A stretch of 63,320 nt of DNA, counting the filler, from Octopus bimaculoides (lineage: Eukaryota), in NCBI RefSeq assembly GCF_001194135.2. It is 4 parts of 4 records of this genome, joined end to end, with 100 filler letters (N's around TTAATTAATTAA, not from the genome) between each part and the next. Parts side by side here need not be neighbours in the genome. Positions count along the whole stretch, not along the records: positions 1 to 22,414 come from NC_068989.1; positions 22,515 to 46,351 come from NC_068981.1; 2 more parts are not named here. The stretch is one strand, 5' to 3'. The notes beneath the pieces are model-generated. The model was not told the origin of the DNA and did not search any database. It saw nothing but the letters and a program-made list of their open reading frames with translations. Numbering within the stretch: the first letter of the stretch is position 1; each line of letters begins with the position of its first letter. Of this stretch, positions 12,069-25,332 are shown piece after piece. A program made the position numbers and the translations under genes.

Positions 12069-13631
12069 GTGTATAAGAAGAAGAAAAATGACATTACGAC
12101 AAAAGCTGTAACGCTGAAAGTTAGCAATGAACTTGCAGTAGCAAAAGTTGAGCTGGTGCGAAGATGATCATGAGAAGCTGGACTTGCAGAGATAAAAACG
12201 GTGTAAGCCATACACTAAACAAAGCCATACACTAAACAAAGCAGGATGTTGAAATGAGCTGGTTACTGTACTTGCGACGAAAAAGGAATATTAACAAATC
12301 TGGGATTTGAAACTTCCATATGTAAACCGGTTGAAATAAATTTTAGCGGCGTTGTTGACGGGGGAAAATGTCTGCTGGTTTCGTGGAGGAAGAAATGCTG
12401 TTTATTCAAAATGTCGATGGTCGAGCGTTCGTCAAGTTCAAAAATGACGCGAAATGGATACGATGCTGTGTGAAGATTGATAAATGGTGATCTCAAAAGC
12501 TGGCGATAGTGAACTGATTTTTTATTTACCAGAAAGGTAATAGCGAATAGCAATCATAACAGAGCACCTAGTTTAAAAGCAAGGTACAGAACCATCGAGA
12601 AACGTTGACTCAACACGCATGTTAAAGGTGAGAGAAAAAGGTGCAGACTGCCAAAATCCGATCCAGAAATTCTAACTTCTTGCAATTCCTGAGGAACGGA
12701 GCTGAAGAAAAGTGGCGAAGAATGTGGGATGAAAAAGGTACCGTGCAGTTGAATAGGTTTCAAGTTTCCTCATTTTCTGGCCGTGAGAAACGGAGAAATG
12801 GCTTTTGAAACAGAGTCAGAAATTCACAACAGCAGTATAAAGCAATAAATATGTGGCGAAATTGTAAACTTGACGCGAACAGCAGATCAAAAAAACCGAA
12901 CTTGGTACGAGGGTGGATCGTGGCGGTAAGAAAAATTGTCATAGATGTCGAAAGTAGCCAAAGGAACTGGAAAACAGCCATGCTGTCGTCGTTACAAGAA
13001 ATTGAATTGCCTAGAAATGAACGTTGGCAGGAAATTAACTCAGCAAATACGAGTAGAAGATTTGACAGCCATTTCTACCAAAAGGTGATGCAAATAACGT
13101 TATCAAAAACGCTGGAGGAGGAGTATGAGGTGAAAAATGTATGTCAGAATTATTTTCGCAATCCGTATGTTGAAAGACGAAAAAGCAGTTGTAACAGGCT
13201 TGAGGAGTTTTCTGACCGGAATTTTTTTTTACAATATGCTAGATAATGATATTATATCATGGAAACCAGAATTAATTGACAAATGTTAGTAGTTTTGCTG
13301 TAAAAAAAATGTTTAACTTTTAACGTATTGGCATAACGTTTGATTGAAAATCGGCGTTACTTTGGTAGCTGGACGAATTTTTTTTCTGAAAAAGGTTCTA
13401 AAGTTGGTCGCATATATTTCTGAAAAAAGTTCAATGGTTGTCTTCTGTAAAAATTTGTAATACAGGATGATTCATTGCAGATATCATCGTCGCTTGAGTT
13501 GAAGAAAATTTTAACATGGAGAGTTGTAGAATAAAACTAAATATGTCGGGTGGTAACCAATTAGCTTGTGATTATTCTCCAAAGTAGAATTCGGGATCCA
13601 CGTCGGTTGATCACCAATTAACGTAATGGAA

Positions 13632-13875
13632 TATATAGTCAGTACAAGGTGTTGATGTTGCTGCGTGTATGTTATTACAAGAGTTCATACAGAGATGAAA
13701 GAATAGTAAAGAATATATTTACTACATAAAAATACCTTTTATTCTTATTTCGATCAAGATACATGGAATCAAATTGTAGAAGCTAGTTGAATGAAGTAAT
13801 CTATGCAAGAAAGATCAGAGATAAGAAATGCAGAACAACAGCCATGTGGTGGCGTTCAGTCATATCTGCTATAGG
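13632..13875 (+). repeat. About 245-bp direct repeat, copy 2
   Basis: See 11823-12068. Confidence 0.9.
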
Positions 13876-14059
13876 ACGTAGAGAAATAGATGAACATAGT
13901 AATGACGTGGATGGCTCTAAGACTAATCGACTAAGGAGCGAAAGCTGGGTTAGCAAGTTGTTTGTATTAATGGAACGCTAGACATTCTAGAAACTTCCAA
14001 GAGAAACGCCAAGCTTCTTGAATAATTAAGAATCACGTCTTGTGACAATGATGCTTCGA

Positions 14060-15700
14060 GAAGGTTAGAAAAGGGAGGTTACTCTATGATCTTTCTTGCA
14101 AGGGAGATCATTCAACTGTCTAGCTACCGCTACACTAGGATCTACAACTATTAGAGATACTTATGTAACCCACAATTTCTTTGTTTATGACCTGAAGAGT
14201 TATGCTAAAAATATTAACAATTCCAAAAACAGCTGGAGTTAACAACATTTTCAGCTAACATAGGAATGGAGTCGGCCAAAAGAAAAGTGTTTGTATTTGA
14301 TTGTTAAAATCTTTCAAATCCCAAACCTGTGCACGAATGGTTTCTCTATTTTTCGTATTCTACACAAAAAATGCTACAAATACCTAGGCGTTGATGAAAA
14401 GATTGACCCGAGAATATTTCAACAGACTTAGAAAAATGCAACAGTCGGAACTCTCCTCTTACAATAAGACCAAATCGCCATTTGAGATATATGACTGGCC
14501 AGTTGAGGAAATTTACTCCATAGACAATCTACTCCCTGCGAGATCCTGATATCAATTGGAAATAGTGATACCGACAGGCTCTACCAAACAAGAGATGAAG
14601 GGGCAGCTTTCGAATGTCTCTCTTAGACAGCTAAACAACAGTAGCAAAAATATATACGCATAAACCTAAAGCTGAAAAGCGAAGAGAATAACAACTTACA
14701 TGTCGGTAGTGAGTTTCTCAGGAAGTACTAGCTTGATGATGTACTCCCATATATCCTCCAAAACATTTGGACTAACATATCTCTAAGAAACGTAGATGTG
14801 AAACGCCCAGCATACGGAAACAATGACTATGCATAGACATGTTTCCCAAAAGACAACAGTAATATCGACATGAAGTGCAACTTCGCTTGAACTTGTGACT
14901 GCTACATCACATTTCTTCGAAGGCTATGCATTTTCAATCCAAGAAACGGAGATTTTTACGAAATACCTAATAAACAAAAGACGCGGTGAAGCCCTCAGAG
15001 CCCCAAAATACAATTGAAAGTGTTGATTATGTCACGTTTCTTTGGAAGACATCACACATGTGATTAACAGCTACCCATAAATATCATTAAGATACTACCT
15101 CCCGATGCAACATGACGTTGTGAATAAAACAATATACAATGCCATTCAGAAAAAAGACTGTGCTGGAATAAATATAGAGGATCCCCCTATTATTGAATAC
15201 ATACACAAACATGAACACAAGGAATACTGGTGGAACATTCCCATCAAATCCAAGTGCAAACATAATAGACCGGATATTGTAGTTTGGGACAGAAGAAAAA
15301 GTACGTCCTGAGATTGAGGTCAGCTGCCCTACTGATGTGAATATCTCTTCGAAAATGCACGAGAAGAAAATGACTACGGACAACTGCTTCGAAGCCTCCA
15401 GCTTCAATATCCAGATGCATAGCAATAATAATTGTTGCACTTGCTTTTGTGAGTAAATACTGAAATGACAATCTGGATAAGCTAATGTTTTCAGAAAATG
15501 AAATCAACCAACTGAATTGCACATTACAAATACAATCTGTAAGTGGAAAAACAAAAGTATGCAAGACTTTTCTCAAATTCAAAACGTGAAATTCATTTTT
15601 TTATCTACATTCCAACGTTGGAGCTCTGTATCTTTGTTAGAAATCAGTTCCTTTCTTACGGTAACATTTCATGGCATTAAAAACACAAGACAATGCACGT
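14060..15700 (+). mobile_element. R4/Dong-like non-LTR retrotransposon (RT + zinc knuckle + RLE), degenerate
   Basis: Fragmented frames: FFVYDLKSY (RT DD motif), YKYLGVDE, SDTDRLY, SHFEGYAFSIQE, KC*LCHVSLEDITHV, QHDVV, EYWWNIPIKSKCKHNRPDIVVWD, IEVSCP (RLE), KVCKTFLKFKT*. Confidence 0.85.
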
Positions 15701-15764
15701 ATGCACACGCGCGCGCATGTACACACAAACATACACACACGCACACATACATACAAATATTCTT

Positions 15765-15975
15765 TTTTACTCTAGGCACAAAGCCCGAAATTTGGGGGGA
15801 GGGGGCCAGTCGATTAGATCGACCCCAGTACACAACGGGTACTTAATTTATCGATCCCGAAAGGAGGAAAGGCAAGGTCGACCTCGGCGGAATTTGAACT
15901 CAGAAGGTAACGGCAAACGAAACACCGCTAAGCATTTCGCCCAGCGTGCTAACGTTTCTGCCAGCTAGCCGCCTT
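15765..15975 (-). mobile_element. SINE family B (variant tail)
   Basis: Same head, B box and central domain as 4670-4906, with an alternative 3' module (ggcacaaagcccgaaatttggggg on the plus strand). Confidence 0.85.
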
Positions 15976-16447
15976 TACATACATACAAATATTGGAGCAC
16001 TTGTTATGTGACTAACTGCCTAAGTATTAAACTTGAGCAGCAGCGTTTTACAAAGGCAGAAAGAACACATCTAACCCATAAAGCGCTGGTATTTGCACTT
16101 ACGTAGCATGGACTGCTGAGCACATTTTTATGAAAATGAGACTACCATGGACACATAAAAAACAAAAAATAGTTAAAATATCTTCTTAATATATAATGGT
16201 GGCAAGTTTTACATCATCTGAAAAGTAATTAGTTGAACTATTAGTCCTCTTGCATCCTGGGGGTATCGGAGCGTTCGAGTGACATTAGACCCCAACAAAC
16301 GCCCATAAATTAAATGAACTTCTCTGGGCCACGATCGTGGACCGTCGCGCTTTGTGTTAATCAAAAGATTACAGCATGTAATAAGATCTACAAATACAAT
16401 GATAGCCATGTCCACACCCATGCATACATGTGCACATATATACACAA

Positions 16448-16478
<31 letters not shown>

Positions 16479-16481
16479 CAT

Positions 16482-16534
<53 letters not shown>

Positions 16535-17454
16535 AACACAGACATGCATGCATAAAACATACATGCACATATCTGACTCATCCCACGTAAAAATTTTGTA
16601 ACCCTACAATTCAACCCGGAGTTTTAGTGGTAAACCTAACTGAACACTCATACTACATACTTCTTACTTTACGTGAGCTGTCGAAAACTCCTTGTATGGA
16701 TGGATGGATGGATGGATGGATGGATGGATGGATGGTTGTAGAGAGAGCGAGAGAAAGAGAGAGATGCACAGATATGTATGCACAAATACGTACGCATGTA
16801 TATGTGTGTACACACACACACACACGCACACATATACAGACAGAAAGACAGACATACATACATGCATACATGATGGCTGCAAACTCTTGTTCGAATATTG
16901 CCATCGCCTAAGCGAAAGTCCCATACATGCGAACGCTACGGCCAGCCATTTTTTGATAGGTCCTACTTTTTTCAAGCGATTCCTGTGCATGATGATTTTT
17001 TATAGTGAAGAAAGGATTTGCACAAATCCAATCTCACTCTCTGAACATGGACAACATAAACTCGAAAAGAAGAACTAGTCTACATCATCGAATATTGTCA
17101 GTGTCGCAGGTTTTCTTTCAGAGTTTCCCTCTTCTTGAGAGATGTTGTGACAATAACAGTGGGGCCTCCCACTGCCAATGGGCCAACTGCGCGCCTAGAT
17201 ACCAACCCAGGTATTTCCACGTCTCTGCGCATACATACACATGTACACATATTGTTGGATTTCGTTGACTACTCATGAGCTCTTTCGCCCTTTGACAGGT
17301 TTTATTTTTTGCCCTGCAGTGTGTCCAGCAACCTCCTCACCAAGCAAGCTTGATGGGGTTGCCAGTTTAGTCGCCGATGACCCAACCATGCAACAGGTTG
17401 TACAGAGTTATATGTTATCAGTAGCACCCAAGAGCGACCTGGCATACATACATA

Positions 17455-19090
17455 CAATGTCTTTACAGCGCCAGTACTCATGCCAACACTTGGGCTGCTT
17501 GACTGGACGCTTGATGAGATCCGAACATCCGAACTATTGATATGAAAATCCGGAAAATACTAGCACACATAATTTCCACATAAACTGTGACGTAGACCGC
17601 CTCTACCTAAAACGAAAACAAGGTGGCAGAGGCTTAACATCGATCCAAAATGCCTTTGAATGTCGTATCATATCCCTTCGGCAACATTTTTTAACCACCA
17701 AGTGTCGAAATGCATCCCTTGACCTTTGATGAAGCTTATAACATCATAAGAACATCATAACATCATAAGACTTGGAAGGCAGCTCCTTGAGTAGCATTCC
17801 TTTTTTGATTACCTTAAATAAGTGCCCAAAGAAGTCGCACTACTCTACCGCAACGTATCATCAGATGAAAGGATGAGCATTTATGGGCAGAAGTCCATAC
17901 ATGGATATGTCTGTAGACAGCTCAGAGATGATAATAACAAAGATCATCGAAGCGAATAATCGGGTTACTACCTCCCACTTTGAAGGGTATGCGTTTGCAA
18001 TCCAGGAACAGGAAATTTCAACCAAATACCTGATGCACAAAAGTGATAGAGATGCAGGAAAAGCGACAAGTGTAACAACCGATGCAGACTTTATGAAGGT
18101 AATCCCGAAGATATCATCCACAACATATACAGTTGTCCGAAAATGTCATCACGGTATTATCTACTGATGAAACATGATATTGTAGCTAGGACACTATATA
18201 ATGAAATCTATCGGAAGGATAACACCAAGGACAAAGAAATAAGAACCCACAATATGATAGAAGCCATAGCTATTCATAATAAAAAGGAGTACTGATGGAA
18301 TATACCATGGGAAACCTCAATAAAATATAAGCACAACAGACCTGATATAAGGATTTAGGACAGAGAAGAGAAACTGTGCACAGTTGTGGAAATTAGCTGC
18401 TCAGAAGATGTCAAGATAAAACTGAAGATAAGTGAAAAAGAGAATACCTACGCTGAACAATTAAGAAATCGGCAGCTGCTCTATCCAGATTACAAGTTCA
18501 GGTTTATACCAGTAATTATTGGGGTCCTGGAATATGCAACACACAGCCTAAATTTTAATCTTGAGAAATTAAGATTTTCAAAACTAGAAAGAAGAAAGCT
18601 GATTCGAAGACTACAGATACAATCCATCACTGGAACTGTAAAAATCTGTAAAACTTTCCAGAAGTTTATCATTTAAGTATATATGAGCATGTCTTGATAT
18701 GAAAGTATATGCATGAGAAGACATACATAAAACAAAACATATAAATCTGCACATATACATACATATATGCAAACAAAAATACCCTGTTGTTGATGTTGAA
18801 ATTCCAATGAAGGAGCTTTGGATCTAGGTTAGAAACCGGTTTTTTCCCTATTGGCAAGAAATCTTGAAATATACTGAATAATGCCATACATACATACATA
18901 CATAATACATACATACATACATACATACATACATACATACATAAAACAACACATACAAATCTGCACATACATACAAAAATATCCTGCCGATGTTGTTGAA
19001 ATTCCAATGAAGGAGCTTTGGATCTAGGTTAGAAACCAGCTTTTTCTCTGTTGGCAATAAATCTTGAAATAAAATCGAATAAGTACATTC
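17455..19090 (+). mobile_element. R4/Dong-like non-LTR retrotransposon, 5'-truncated, with duplicated 3' UTR
   Basis: APVLMPTLGLLDWTLDEIR, CDVDRLYLKRKQGGRGL, SHFEGYAFAIQEQEISTKYL, RCRLYEGNPEDIIHNIYSCP, KHDIV, KHNRPDI, VEISC, KICKTFQKFII*. The 3' UTR occurs twice (about 18727-18885 and 18939-19085), each followed by (CATA)n. Confidence 0.9.
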
Positions 19091-19903
19091 ATACATACAT
19101 ACATACATACATACATACATACATACATACATACATACATACATACATACATACATACATACATAAGGGAGATACATAGCTGTATATAAACAGCTAGATG
19201 TGCAAAAAAACTGAATATATAAATATAGAGTAAGTTATAAATTTATTTTAAACAAAAATTACTAAGATTGCAACTGTTAGTTTCACGTGTTATCGATTTT
19301 CAATCAATCAATTTAGTAAATGAGGCAGCTATAGGTGTTATTACGGTATAAACTACAGAAACTGTTGAATATATCACCTTAACTGTACTAGACTACTTCG
19401 TATTGTCAGAAGGTTATTCTATAGGAATATCAGTCGTTTGTTCACTTGTGTTTTTGATATTTCACGATAAAAAAAAACGGATTATATATCAGTTATGTAA
19501 AAAAATTTTGATTTTTTTCTTTTTCTCTTTTTTGGGAACATGGATGAATGCATTATGCGAAAAACCAGTTTTCAGCTGTAGATAATTCAAAATGTGTTCA
19601 CAAAAAATTTGCTTTATGAAGACATAATGATCAATTAAATTATCTGATAGCTGAATGCTGTAACGTCAAGTTCTATAAAAACAAACCAAAATATTTCTTC
19701 AGACAATACAAATAAAATCTGGGTTTTTGTTTATTTTATTTATTTATTTATTTTGTGAAGATTTTTCTTTTCGTCGTTTATCAACCTGATGGTTTGATTT
19801 ATACAATGATGTTCTAAGCACGTCCAATAGTTTTGTATTTTTGATATTCTTATTTAAAGATAATTGTAGTATATATCATATATAGAAAGAGTATTGTCGC
19901 TTT

Positions 19904-20331
19904 CAAGGCTTCCTGTTCAGTTGCCTCTGCCTCCTCTGTCTGTAGGGCTTCAAATCGATTGTGGAGAGCCAACTGGAAAGCTTGTTTTGACTTTTCTTTT
20001 TTCAGTTTCTGAACATCAAATTTCACAAGTGGATTTGCTTGTCTTCTCCTTGTTGAAAGCTTCACCTTGAGTTTCGCTATCACCAAGTGGTGGTCCGATC
20101 TAATATTTGCTCCTCGCTTGGCTCTCACATCTTAAAGTGAACTCCTCCAACGTTGCCGGACTGCGATATGGTCGATCTGGTTTTCTGTCTGCTGATCTGG
20201 TGATACCCAGGTGGCTTTATAGCAACGTCTGTGTGGGAAGCAGGTGCCTCCAATAATAAGTTCGTTGACTGTACAGAAATCAACTAGGAGTTCCCCGTTT
20301 TCATTCAACACTCCGAAGCCATTTCTTCTCA

Positions 20332-20399
<68 letters not shown>

Positions 20400-20570
20400 C
20401 CACTATTGTGACTTCCAACTTTGGTATTCATGTCTCCCATAAGAATCAACATGTCTCTTCTGGGAATCCTGTCTACCATTGTCTGTAACTGGGAGTAGAA
20501 GAGGTCTTTTGTGTCTTCCTCCGCATTGTTTGTAGGTGCATAACACATAATGATGGACACTTGTTGGGAC
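19904..20570 (-). mobile_element. RTE-clade LINE, inverted 5' segment (AP endonuclease + linker)
   Basis: IIMCYAPTNNAE, LILMGDMNTKVG, ENGELLVDFC, TENQIDHI, SDHHLV are AP-endonuclease motifs. An (AG)n expansion lies inside the segment at about 20333-20396. Confidence 0.9.
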
Positions 20571-21608
20571 ATCTTACGACACTATGGTGTGCCAGAGAAG
20601 ATCGTGGGCATTATTCGATTACTCTACGAGGAGTTTTCTTGCCAGGTCATCCATGCTGGGAGATTGTCGGAGGAATTCAGGGTCAGCACGGGAGTTAGAC
20701 AGGGCTGTTTGTTGTCACCGCTCCTGTTCCTCGTCGTGCTGGACTGGGTCACCAGGACAGCCTACGCTACCTCCAGGAAAGGTCTTCAGTAGACACTGAT
20801 GAACAAGCTGGAGGACTTGGACTACGCAGATGATCTCGCGCTACTGTCACATCGCCTGCAAGACATACAAGATAAGGTAGACCACCTGAGGGAAACTTCA
20901 CGGCGAGTGGCCTTGAGGATCAGCCAGGAAAAGACAAAAGTGCAGCGTATTAACAACAAGCAGGAATAGCCAATCATAATCGAGGGGGCACCTGTGGAGG
21001 ATGTTAGTGAGTTTGTCTATCTTGGCAGCAAGATCAGCAAATTAGGTGGATCAGACAAGGACATCACTGCAAGAAGCAAGAAGGCTTGGCATGCCTTCGC
21101 TATTCTTCGGTCGGTATGGAAGTCCACTGCCATCTCAACTCGAACTAAACTCCGCTCATTTAGTTCAAACGTAAAATTTGTGCTTTTGCATGGTTCTGAA
21201 ACATGGAGAGCCACCTGCAGCAACTACAAGAAGATCCAGACCTTCATCAACAAATGTCTCCGACACATCCTCTATCTGAAGTGGTTCGACAGAGTGCCAA
21301 ACACCGACCTGTAGGAAAGGGCCAACCAGGACCCCATACATGTTCAGATTAGACGAAGGAAATGGAGATGGATCAGACACACACTGCGGAAAGAACCCTC
21401 AAATGTGACACGAAAAGCACTTGACTGAAACCCGCAGGGGAAAAGGAAGCGAGGACGCCCGAAGCAGACATGGAAGCGGAGTATTTTGAACGAGCTCAGG
21501 ACCACCGGCCTAACATGGGAAGCAGCCAAGAAACACGCCAATAACCGCAAAAAGTAGAAAATAACTGTTGAGGTCCTATGCTCCACAAGGGGAAAAAGGG
21601 ATTGAGAG
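20560..21608 (+). mobile_element. RTE-clade LINE, 3' segment (reverse transcriptase to 3' end)
   Basis: WDILRHYGVPEK, GVRQGCLLSPLLF, DLDYADDLALL, EFVYLGS, KRKRGRPKQTW, with in-frame stops. The 10-bp TSD ttgtcgcttt lies at 19894-19903 and 21609-21618. Confidence 0.9.
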
Positions 21609-21799
21609 TTGTCGCTTTATTACGTCGATTCCATGCTTCAAAATCAATGAAAAACCAGGTGATACATGTTGCCTGTCAAATGTAATTTCAGCATGAAATA
21701 AAATATATGCAGGTATATATATGTGTGCGTATATATATATACATATATATATATATATACGCGCATGCACACACACATACACACTCACACACACACATG

Positions 21800-21861
<62 letters not shown>

Positions 21862-22371
21862 AACAGTAAGTTGGTGAAAGCAAAATAAGCTAAGCATGGA
21901 TAACGCGAAATAGTGCTCATATGAACAGAAACTTAAACGCCAATCTCTTCATGAAGGGTTATAAGTCAGCTATAACAATCTTTATGGAATTGTTATGCAG
22001 GCAATAAAGTAAGTAAACAGGTAGGTTCCGGGCGTATTTATATGGAGCACAAAATACGGATTTACAGAATAAAGAAAAGAAAACGAAACAGAACGGAAGA
22101 ATTATGTAAAGTCATCTTTCGACAGCTATTTCAAGACGGTCATAAGTTACGTAATGACCATATTCATAAGTTGTATGTTCGTGATGTCACAGGTATATGC
22201 CCAGCGACAAGTCCGCATTAAATTGTTAAAGTAAGTTACACCCTGTCATATGCTATACACATACCTACACATATATACATATATTTATATATACATACAT
22301 ATAATTACACATACAAACCAACGTATATAAACATTCGTACAACATACATATATATATATAATATATATATT

Positions 22372-22414
<43 letters not shown>

Positions 22415-23424
22415 NNNNNNNNNNNNNNNNNNNNNNNNNNNNNNNNNNNNNNNNNNNNTTAATTAATTAANNNNNNNNNNNNNNNNNNNNNNNNNNNNNN
22501 NNNNNNNNNNNNNNGTGGTGGCGGAGGCAGTGGTAATGGTGCTGCTGGTAGTACTGGTGGTGGTGGTGGTGGTGGTGGTGGGGCAGTTACCGCTGCTGCT
22601 GTTCTTTATATGTCTGTATCACTCCTTCACTAATATTGTGTTAATATTGTTGATGTTGTTACTGTTGTCACTGTAGTCGTTATTGTTGTTGTTGTTGTAG
22701 CTGATATATTTTGCTTATTTGTTTTTTCTTCTGTTTTTGTTTTTTTCTTCTTTTGTTTCTGTTTTTCCCGCTTTTTACCTTTACTTTTCTTTTTCTTTCT
22801 TTTTTTTTCAAATTATTAGCAGTATCAGCAGCGGCAGAATTAGAAATTACTGTAATCACACGAACAACAACAACAACAACAACAACGTCTTCGTGATCTT
22901 CATCAATCACACACATCTTATAGGCAGGAGCAGCTAGAACACTAAGCCATGACAGTGAAACAACGATGAATGTGAGTTACAGCAAAGACTGCAATTACAA
23001 CAAGCAAACGGCCACAAGATAACAAAAACAGTAACAAAACAACAACAAAAACAACGACAATGACGATGACGACGACGACGACGACGATGATGACTCCGTT
23101 GATAATGGCAACGACAACTTACAGGGCCGAACCAAGGAAAGCTCTACATGGACGCTCGATGAGCAAGAAGTAACAACTTTTGCTCGTTGGAATCACGTCT
23201 TTATTGTCTTAGAAACAGGTACGCTGGATAATGCTGTCATGGATTCTCTGCACCTTGGAAACAATGGATCTATCACGGCTAGAGTGGCTTTGAGCATGTT
23301 TGCTTGGTCACTAACTGATCTGGAGTTAAACAACGATGCGGGGTGCCTGTACATGGTTTCCGAGTCTGCTAGATAGAGCAGCCAAATATCCTCTGTTTCA
23401 CGCCTTCTACCGTATTGGTTTCAG

Positions 23425-23624
23425 ATTTTGGCACAAGGCCAGAAATTTCGGGGATGAGGGTAAGTCGATTACATTGACCCCAGTACTCGACCGGTACTTA
23501 TTTTATCGACTCCAAGAGGATGAAAGGCTAAGTCGACCTCGGCGGTATTTGAACTAAGAACGTAAAGACGGACGAAATACCGCTAAGCATTTTTTCCAGC
23601 ATGCTAATGATTCATCGCCGCCTT
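23425..23624 (-). mobile_element. SINE family B
   Basis: Diverged match to 15765-15975. Confidence 0.75.
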
Positions 23625-23689
23625 AAATATTTCCTTCCATATTAAATAAGGAAAAGTTATATCTGATATAAGGCGTAGTGGCCACGGAC

Positions 23690-23879
23690 AGAGTGTACTT
23701 GATCATAGATCTGTTCATTCAGGCTTTAGAGTATACTTGATCATAGATCTGTTCATTCAAGCTTTAGAGTGTACTTGATCATAGATCTGTTCATTCAGGC
23801 TTTAGAGTGTACTTGATCATAGATCTGTTCATTCAGGCTTTAGAGTGAACTTGATCATAGATCTGTTCATTCAGGCTTG
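23690..23879. repeat. 38-bp minisatellite, 5 copies
   Basis: Unit agagtgtacttgatcatagatctgttcattcaggcttt repeated five times with single substitutions. Confidence 0.95.
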
Positions 23880-25139
23880 ACCTTGGGGGTTAAACACCAC
23901 TAACAACAGCTACAACAACGACGAATTTGTCAAATGCATTAAAATCATGGGCAATAGAAATCACTGTAGCAGCAATAAGAAACGAAACAACGACGACGAC
24001 GACGATGACGATGACAGCGATGCCAACAACAATAACAAAAATTGAGACTTCGATGATAACAGCAATGAAAACTAAAGCAACGACAACGTCGAAGACAATA
24101 ATAATTGAAGCAATAATAACAGAAATAATGATTTCTTATATTGGCAAGACGCCACCTATTTTCACTGCAGGAAAGACTTAACGTATAGTTTCGGTCGACC
24201 CAAGCAACACCTTCTCTCCCTCTTTTTATCCTTATCTTCTTCTTCCCATCAACCGATTCAGTGTGTAACTTCTAATTGTGCCTACGTGATAACTCGAATT
24301 GCTAGAAATGGCAGTTAAAAATATCTCAAATCTCTCTGTGCTATCTTAAAAACCGCGAAGAAACCTTGTATCAAGAGTGTCAAACTCGTTTGGCTTTTTC
24401 TGGCAGATTTGAATCATAAACTAGAACTCAACGTTTGGATAAGGATAATTATTCCTAAAAACCTAAAATCTGTATTCATAATGAAGGCTAAAATAAGTTG
24501 ATAAATTGGTAAATATACATTATAACATATCTTCATCAACAATAAAGAAAGAAAAGAATTTGAGTGCAGAGACGGAAGAGAAATGTCCATATGACCTGGG
24601 TACAGCCCTCTTTGAGTGAGAACAGAGGTAGAAATAGTCCAAATAAATGATAGAAGGTTTTCACTATTTCACCTGCAAGACCGTTCCACGTCGTTCATAT
24701 CGTTAGAATCCATTTGCACGAAGCGTGCACAAATTTTGAAGAACAAAAGACTTTCGCTTTAGCTCGGTGTGTATAGACAAAGTGAAAAAGAAATAGGTCG
24801 CATCTCTTAAAATTTGGAGTCATAAGCTTCTTTTTCACTGTTGAAATAAAAAAAGATTATTTCAGATGCACTGATTACAACTCTAGTCGGGTTTCGACTT
24901 AAAATGTATATTGATGTGTATGTATGCATGTATGTATGTATGTATGTATGTATGTATGTATGTATGTACGTACGTATGTGTGTGTATGTATGTATGGATG
25001 GATGCATGCATGCATGTATATTACTGAGTATTTTAAAATTAAAAATTAATGATAATATTTATATAAAGTAGGATGTAAGTTTTGATACTCCTGGCTTAGA
25101 TGATGTAGCACTGCAGTACATTGTCATTTATCGTTTACC

Positions 25140-25332
25140 TTGTACTTGTTTTACTCATTAGGCTGCTGCCATGCTGGACACCGCCTTGAAAGGTTTTTGT
25201 CGAACAAATCGACTCCATTACTTAATTTTTTAAATTTGGTACTTATTTTATTGGTTTCTTCTGCCAAACCATTCAGTTACGGGGGCATAAACAAACCATA
25301 CCGGTTGTCAAACGGTCGGTGGCACAAACACA
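25140..25332 (-). mobile_element. SINE family A, 3' half
   Basis: Reverse complement of the family 3' module (ccatgctgga..ccgcctt..cggttgtcaa). Confidence 0.7.

Noticed and set aside
22459-22470. ttaattaattaa island inside N runs (also 46396-46407 and 56047-56058)
   Set aside because: An identical 12-mer with stops in all frames, flanked by Ns each time: an assembly spacer, not biology.
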